Origin: Terriglobia bacterium
GTDB taxonomy: Bacteria; Acidobacteriota; Terriglobia; 20CM-2-55-15
Length of the DNA: 64,000 bases
Reading direction: 5' to 3'
Assembly (NCBI GenBank): GCA_965198225.1
Contig: CBDAOY010000005.1
Location: forward strand, 847,065-911,064
Shown: positions 59,060 to 64,000 of the stretch, piece after piece
How the letters are laid out: the number at the start of each line of letters is the position of its first letter
Position numbering within the stretch: the stretch's first letter is position 1
The notes under the pieces: generated by a model
The model's input: the letters and a program-made list of their open reading frames with translations, nothing else
Databases searched by the model: none
Told to the model about the DNA's origin: nothing
Program-made: the position numbers and the translations under genes

Positions 59060-60340
59060 ATGAAGTATTTCGTCAGAACCTACGGCTGCCAGATGAATGT
59101 CGCGGACTCGGATGAGATGGGCCGTCATCTCGCCCGACGAGGCTGCGAGCCCACCGCGGACCCGGACGAGGCGTCCGTCTATTTGATGAACACCTGCACG
59201 GTCCGACAGCATGCAGAAGACCGCGCGCTCTCCGAGATCGGCCGGCTTCGCCGCTGGAAGGCAAAGCAGCCGAACCGGAAGGTCGTCATCACCGGATGTG
59301 CGGCCGAGCGGACCAAGGAGTTCCTGGAGACGCGCTTCCCGCACATCGATCTCGTCGTCGGTGCGCGCTCGATCGAAGAGTTCGGCCCGATCGTGGACGG
59401 CTTGCTGGAGGGTCGGGAAACCGACGAGAGTCTGGAATACGCACTCGGCACCTCAGACGGCCAGGTCTCCAGGTTCGTGACCATCATGAGGGGATGCAAC
59501 TACTCCTGCACGTACTGCATCGTTCCCTACGTTCGGGGGCGCGAAAGCTACCAGCCGATGAATGAGGTCGTCGAGGAAGTCCGTGAGCGTGTCGGCGAAG
59601 GCGCCCGCGACATCACCCTGCTCGGTCAGACCGTAAACTCCTACCACCGCGACGGGTCGAAGGGACGCGATACGGATTTCTCCGACCTGCTCGAAGCCGT
59701 CGCCCGGGTCGACGGGGTCGAACGTGTCCGTTTCATCAGCCCTCATCCCTACTACATGACCGTGCGGGTCATCGAAGCGATGGCCGGCGTGCCGGAGGTC
59801 TGCGAAGGGCTCCACCTGCCCGTTCAATCGGGTTCGAATTCGATCCTCAAGTCCATGCTGCGCAACTACACGCGCGAGCACTACCTCGAGTTGGTCGGCA
59901 GACTGCGTTCGGCGATGCCCGGCATCGCGATCGCAACCGACGTGATCGTGGGTTTCCCCGGCGAGACGGAAGAAGACTTTCGCCGGACGCTGTCTCTGAT
60001 CGAAGAGGTCGGGTTCGACTGGGGGTTTGTCTTCAAGTACTCTCCGAGACAGGGAACTCCTGCCGCGGATCTGCCTTGCTTTCCGACCGAACTGATCGAG
60101 GAGCGACACCGGGAGTGTCTGGAACTGGTGGAGCGGATCGGTCTGGAGAAGCGGCGTGGCCTGATCGGTTCAACTCAAGAAGTTCTGGTCGAAAAAGACA
60201 ACTTCGGCCGCACGCGCGGCAACTACAAGATGCAGGTGGATCGGCCAGTTCGCCCCGGCAGAACCGTCCGTGCCCTCGTCACGAACGCCGAACGCGTGAC
60301 GCTGGAAGGAGCCGTGGTTAGCGAAGAAGTGCCCGCGTAA
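59060..60340 (+). CDS. miaB: tRNA-i6A37 methylthiotransferase
   Basis: TYGCQMN..DS, NTC.VR, GC, RGCNYSCTYCIVPYVRG, HLPVQSGS, IVGFPGET, YSPR.GT. Confidence 0.93.
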   Translation: MKYFVRTYGCQMNVADSDEMGRHLARRGCEPTADPDEASVYLMNTCTVRQHAEDRALSEIGRLRRWKAKQPNRKVVITGCAAERTKEFLETRFPHIDLVVGARSIEEFGPIVDGLLEGRETDESLEYALGTSDGQVSRFVTIMRGCNYSCTYCIVPYVRGRESYQPMNEVVEEVRERVGEGARDITLLGQTVNSYHRDGSKGRDTDFSDLLEAVARVDGVERVRFISPHPYYMTVRVIEAMAGVPEVCEGLHLPVQSGSNSILKSMLRNYTREHYLELVGRLRSAMPGIAIATDVIVGFPGETEEDFRRTLSLIEEVGFDWGFVFKYSPRQGTPAADLPCFPTELIEERHRECLELVERIGLEKRRGLIGSTQEVLVEKDNFGRTRGNYKMQVDRPVRPGRTVRALVTNAERVTLEGAVVSEEVPA

Positions 60341-60383
60341 CGTTTCCGAACCCCTGCGTAAGCAAACACCCGCGACTTTTCTG

Positions 60384-60451
60384 TGTAGGTGCGGTCTATG
60401 ACCGCACATTTGTCAAACCGAAAGGTCGTGCGGTCATAGACCGCACCTACA
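60384..60451. repeat. GTAG-type REP inverted doublet
   Basis: TGTAGGTGCGGTCTATGACCGCAC and its inverse, between convergent genes. Confidence 0.9.
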
Positions 60452-60453
60452 AA

Positions 60454-61368
60454 TCAAATCTCAATTTCCTGAAGATCCCGCGCGGCCTTGATGTTCTCGT
60501 AAACCGGCCGTGCGGCGTCGGCGATTCGCTTCACATCACGATGATCGTAACGACTGCTGAAGTGCGTCGCGATGAGCAGCTCAGTACCGGCTTCCGCCGC
60601 GACGCGGGCGGCGTCTTCCATCGTGGAGTGCTTTCGATCTTTGGCCATGTCGATGCCGTCAGGTCCGAACGTGGTTTCATGGACAAGGGCCGTGCAATTC
60701 TCGGCAAGCGCTATGGACCGCTTGGAAAACTCGGTGTCGAGGCAGTACGCGACCGACTTGCCCGGTCGAGGAGCACCGAGTACTTCGCTCGGTTGGATCG
60801 TGCGTCCGTCGGGCAGCGCGATCGGTTCACCGTTCTGCAGCCGACCGAAGAGAGGACCGGGGGGAATTTCCAACTCCTGGGCCTTCTCCAGGTTGAATAC
60901 GCCGGGCCGATCTTTCTCCTGGAACCGCCAGCCCAGGCAGAAGATAGAGTGATCCAGCGGCATCGCATCGACGAAGAATTCCCGTTCGTCCAGGACCCGA
61001 CCCTCAAAGCCCCTTGGGAATTCCCGAACCTCGATCGGATAGGTGAAACGCAGGTTGTTCGTACGGAACGAGGCATGAAGGAAGCGGAGCAGACCCTCCG
61101 GACCGAACACGCGGATGGGGGTTTCGCGGTTGTCCAGGTGAAGCGTGCTCAACAGGCCGTTGATCCCGTAAAGATGATCCCCGTGGAGATGTCCGATGAA
61201 GATGGAGTGGATCTTGCTTCGCCGGATGCCGGCACGCATCAACTGGATCTGTGTCCCTTCCCCGCAATCGAAAAGGAAAACATCTCCTTCACGAATCAAG
61301 GCAGTCGAAGACAGGCCCCGGTACAGCGTTGGAGTCGCAGAACTCGTCCCGAGCAGGATGATCTTCAT
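60454..61368 (-). CDS. rnz: ribonuclease Z
   Basis: LGTSS..P, FDCGEGTQ, HLHGDH, exosite IPPGP, HST, THFSSRY. Confidence 0.95.
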   Translation of the reverse strand: MKIILLGTSSATPTLYRGLSSTALIREGDVFLFDCGEGTQIQLMRAGIRRSKIHSIFIGHLHGDHLYGINGLLSTLHLDNRETPIRVFGPEGLLRFLHASFRTNNLRFTYPIEVREFPRGFEGRVLDEREFFVDAMPLDHSIFCLGWRFQEKDRPGVFNLEKAQELEIPPGPLFGRLQNGEPIALPDGRTIQPSEVLGAPRPGKSVAYCLDTEFSKRSIALAENCTALVHETTFGPDGIDMAKDRKHSTMEDAARVAAEAGTELLIATHFSSRYDHRDVKRIADAARPVYENIKAARDLQEIEI

Positions 61369-61384
61369 TGGAGGAGTGAGAGGA

Positions 61385-61636
61385 CTAATCGTTCGACTTC
61401 TTCTTGGGAGGTTTGGGCATATAGGCGTTCTCGACCCATTTCTTACGATACTGCTTGTACTCCCGCTGCAGGACGTCGTGTTTGGCCGAAGTACCCGTCA
61501 GTGTCGGAAGCGATGCGACACGTTCGACCTCCTTCGAACCGCAGTCAGGGCAGATCAGTTCGGGTTCCTTCGAGGGCATGACCAGTTTCTCGAAGACCTG
61601 GCCACACGCGCCGCATCGGTAGTCGTAGATCGGCAT
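61385..61636 (-). CDS. FmdB family zinc ribbon protein
   Basis: MPIYDYRCGACG..FE..CPDCGS. Confidence 0.88.
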   Translation of the reverse strand: MPIYDYRCGACGQVFEKLVMPSKEPELICPDCGSKEVERVASLPTLTGTSAKHDVLQREYKQYRKKWVENAYMPKPPKKKSND

Positions 61637-61743
61637 CGGTTGAAACCCTCCTGTGGCCCGAATTCCGCCTGACAATGGGTTCTTGTTTCCAGCCCAACCG
61701 TAAATTCTTAGATTAACACGCCCGTATATTCGGGACCACGCTA

Positions 61744-61777
61744 CTAGTCGCCTGTAACAGCTGTTACAGGTCACTGG
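61744..61777. repeat. collapsed ends of MITE-like element A
   Basis: CTAGTCGCCTGTAACAG joined to CTGTTACAGGTCACTGG, matching both TIRs of 26760-27034. Confidence 0.6.
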
Positions 61778-62670
61778 CGCTGGAGCATTGCCCGCATGAC
61801 GTATCCGGCGATCTTGGGGTTTTCGCCGAGCCGTCGAACTGAGTACGGGTACCAGTCCCTGCCGAACGGGATGTAGACACGAATGCGATGTCCCGCGTCC
61901 CGGACGACGTCGCGAAGCCGTGGTTCGACTCCGAGCAGCATCTGGAATTCGTAGGCAGACGGCGGAAGCCCGAGCCGGTCGACCAGCTGGGACGCTTCCC
62001 ACACGAGCAACTCATCGTGTGTCGCAAAGGCGACGTAGGCTCCCTTCCGCAGAAGAGTCTCGGCGAGGTGCATGTAGTTCTGGTTGATGATCCGGGGCTC
62101 CTTGTAGGCGATCTTGTGCGGTTCGACGTAGACTCCTTTCACGATCCGCACGTTCGGCGGGATGTCCGCGATTGCGGCAGCATCGTCCTTGGTGCGGCGC
62201 AGGTAGGCCTGCAGCACGATTCCGGTGTTGTCGAAGTCTGACCGCAGCGACCGGTAGAGCTCTAGCGTGTCGGTCGTACAGGTCGAGTTCTCCATCTCGA
62301 TACGGACGAAGTTGTTGTGTCCGCCTGCCTTTTCGATCAGCCATCGCAGCAGGTCGCGGCATGCGTTCTTATCCAATCTCAGACCGAACTGAGTCGGCTT
62401 GAGCGAGACGTTGGTTTCGAGGCCGAGCCGCTGGATCTCCTCCAGCAGGAAGCCGTACGTGTTGGCGGCCTCCCGAGCCTGAGCCATGCTGGGGACGTCT
62501 TCTCCGAGCATATCCAGCGTCGTCAGGAAGCCCTGGCCGCCGAGCTCCGTAGCGGCAGCGAGCGCTTCTTCCGGCGTTTCACCCGCGATGTAACGCCTCG
62601 CGACCATCCCAACGACGGTCTTGGGGACAAAGGGAAGGGTGGAGACAACCAGACGATCAAACAAGCTCAT
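61771..62670 (-). CDS. monofunctional proline dehydrogenase
   Basis: RYIAGET, D.LGE, SLKPTQ.GL, LQAYL.RT, R.VKG.Y.E, ATHD, EFQML.G, Y.PFG..W.PY..RRL.E.P. Confidence 0.93.
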   Translation of the reverse strand: MSLFDRLVVSTLPFVPKTVVGMVARRYIAGETPEEALAAATELGGQGFLTTLDMLGEDVPSMAQAREAANTYGFLLEEIQRLGLETNVSLKPTQFGLRLDKNACRDLLRWLIEKAGGHNNFVRIEMENSTCTTDTLELYRSLRSDFDNTGIVLQAYLRRTKDDAAAIADIPPNVRIVKGVYVEPHKIAYKEPRIINQNYMHLAETLLRKGAYVAFATHDELLVWEASQLVDRLGLPPSAYEFQMLLGVEPRLRDVVRDAGHRIRVYIPFGRDWYPYSVRRLGENPKIAGYVMRAMLQRQ

Positions 62671-62696
62671 GCTCTACTCATTTTGCCCTACCGAGG

Positions 62697-62845
62697 GTAT
62701 AGGGGCGCTCTATGAGCGCCCCTATTTCGGTTCGAAGAGTGTGCGGTCATAGACCGCACCTACACCTCCGTTTGCACACGGGCGTCTCCAAGATGCCCTT
62801 CCCTCGAACTGTTTTGACAGGGATGGTCATAGACCGCACCTACAC
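62697..62845. repeat. GTAG-type REP cluster
   Basis: ATAGGGGCGCTCTATGAGCGCCCCTAT, GTGCGGTCATAGACCGCACCTACA and a partial copy. Confidence 0.85.
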
Positions 62846-62922
62846 CAGGAAGCGGGATTGCCGCTCAACTTAGGACCTGCCGAGAGGTCAGGGAGACGAG
62901 GTTAAGGAGGGCACTGGGTCAA

Positions 62923-64000
62923 CTAGTTGCCCGATCGGGTCGACGACGCGTTGACCAGCGGCATCCCACCGTATTCCGCGAGAAGTCCTTTCAGGAACCT
63001 GTCCTGGAACTTCCGGTACTGCAAAACCGGGCCGTGTGTGTTGAAGATCGCGAACAACATCGGGCCGTGATCTTTCGTGTAGAGGATGCCGGCGAGAGTG
63101 CTGATGCCTTCGTCGGTGGCCACCAGCGTGCCCGTCTTTGCGACAACCGCCCCTCGGTGGGCACGCGCGCTGAATCGCAGACGGAGTGTGCCGCGGTCGA
63201 TGCCGGCGACGGGCATTACGTCTTCGGGAGACATCTGGTTCTTTTCCAGCCACCGCACCATTTTCCGGAGCATCATGACCGTTCCGGTCGGTGTGATCCT
63301 GTTGCTCCTAAGTCCCGATGCACGCACGACGCGTACCTGGTTGGCCGGGATGCCGACTTCCGTTTCCAGATACCGCTCTACTGCGCGAGGTCCTCCCAGG
63401 GATACACCAAGCCGATCGGCGATCGTGTTGTTGCTGCGGGCGTTCTGGTAGAACAGGATCTCCCGCAGTGGCTCTGAAAACCTCTGAGCCATCAGTGTGC
63501 CCCGACGCTCCCCGAACCCGACCTCGGTCGGGACTCTCAACCCGATGCGACGAAGCGTTCGAGACAGGTGGCGCGTGACCCACTTCTTCGAGTACAGGTT
63601 TCCGACCGTGAAAGGTCCGGCGATCAGGAGCCGGCCTTCGACGCGTCGCAGTCCCTTGCGGGTGAGCTGTCGCGCCAGCCGCACCAGATCCGTCGTGCCC
63701 ATTTCCGGGTCCCCGTCGCTTTCGAGGATGAGATCACCATCGAGAACCCCTTTTTCGTCGATCGTGCCATTGACATAAAAGGAAGTTTCGAACCGGTGTT
63801 TCGGACCGAAACGTTCCAGCGCTGCGAGGGTCGTCCCGATCTTGATGACGGAAGCGGGGTTGAAGACCCGGTCGCCGTGATGGTCGGCGTAGATCAGGGA
63901 ACCGTCCAGGGATTCGACCCGGATGCCCTGGTCCCACAAGTCCACCCCTCGGGTGGAGAGTTCCTTCAGGTAGGCGACCTCGGCGTCGGCTTCGACTCGG
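62923..64000 (-). CDS. dacB: D-Ala-D-Ala carboxypeptidase/endopeptidase (PBP4, S13), 5' end outside the window
   Basis: PASVIK (SxxK), GDP, SNN (SxN), SGL, GTL..R, AKTGTL. Confidence 0.88.
   Translation of the reverse strand, partial: RVEADAEVAYLKELSTRGVDLWDQGIRVESLDGSLIYADHHGDRVFNPASVIKIGTTLAALERFGPKHRFETSFYVNGTIDEKGVLDGDLILESDGDPEMGTTDLVRLARQLTRKGLRRVEGRLLIAGPFTVGNLYSKKWVTRHLSRTLRRIGLRVPTEVGFGERRGTLMAQRFSEPLREILFYQNARSNNTIADRLGVSLGGPRAVERYLETEVGIPANQVRVVRASGLRSNRITPTGTVMMLRKMVRWLEKNQMSPEDVMPVAGIDRGTLRLRFSARAHRGAVVAKTGTLVATDEGISTLAGILYTKDHGPMLFAIFNTHGPVLQYRKFQDRFLKGLLAEYGGMPLVNASSTRSGN

Overview
GC-rich bacterial chromosome segment. The ECF/Ser-Thr kinase type, integrase type and repeat families suggest Acidobacteriota, but that is inference. 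Left third: a complete urease cluster (ureABCEF-BASS-ureGD) followed by a porin-urtABCDE urea uptake operon. Its 5' leader contains two tandem ANTAR-type dual-hairpin/terminator attenuators, and no ANTAR protein is visible in the window. Middle: mixed metabolic genes (feruloyl-CoA synthetase-like, MobA plus FdhF/YdeP, a Tat-exported xanthine-oxidase-family enzyme, a radical SAM), abundant GTAG-type REP repeats, and a chain of two MITE-like elements plus an IS1182 sharing CTAG sites. 39.2-45.5 kb: an ECF sigma/Ser-Thr kinase locus broken by a toxin-antitoxin cassette and a nest of at least four group II intron pieces, including an apparently complete ORF-less intron inserted in domain III of another intron. 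47.3-55.2 kb: a decayed island at tRNA-Asn (DnaQ-BRCT, IS21 end, IS30-split EndoIII-like glycosylase, DUF1232, GmrSD-like DUF262-DUF1524, IS256/resolvase/integrase remnants). Right end: housekeeping genes (miaB, rnz, proline dehydrogenase, dacB). Product calls come from motifs I recognised by eye; no database searches were run.
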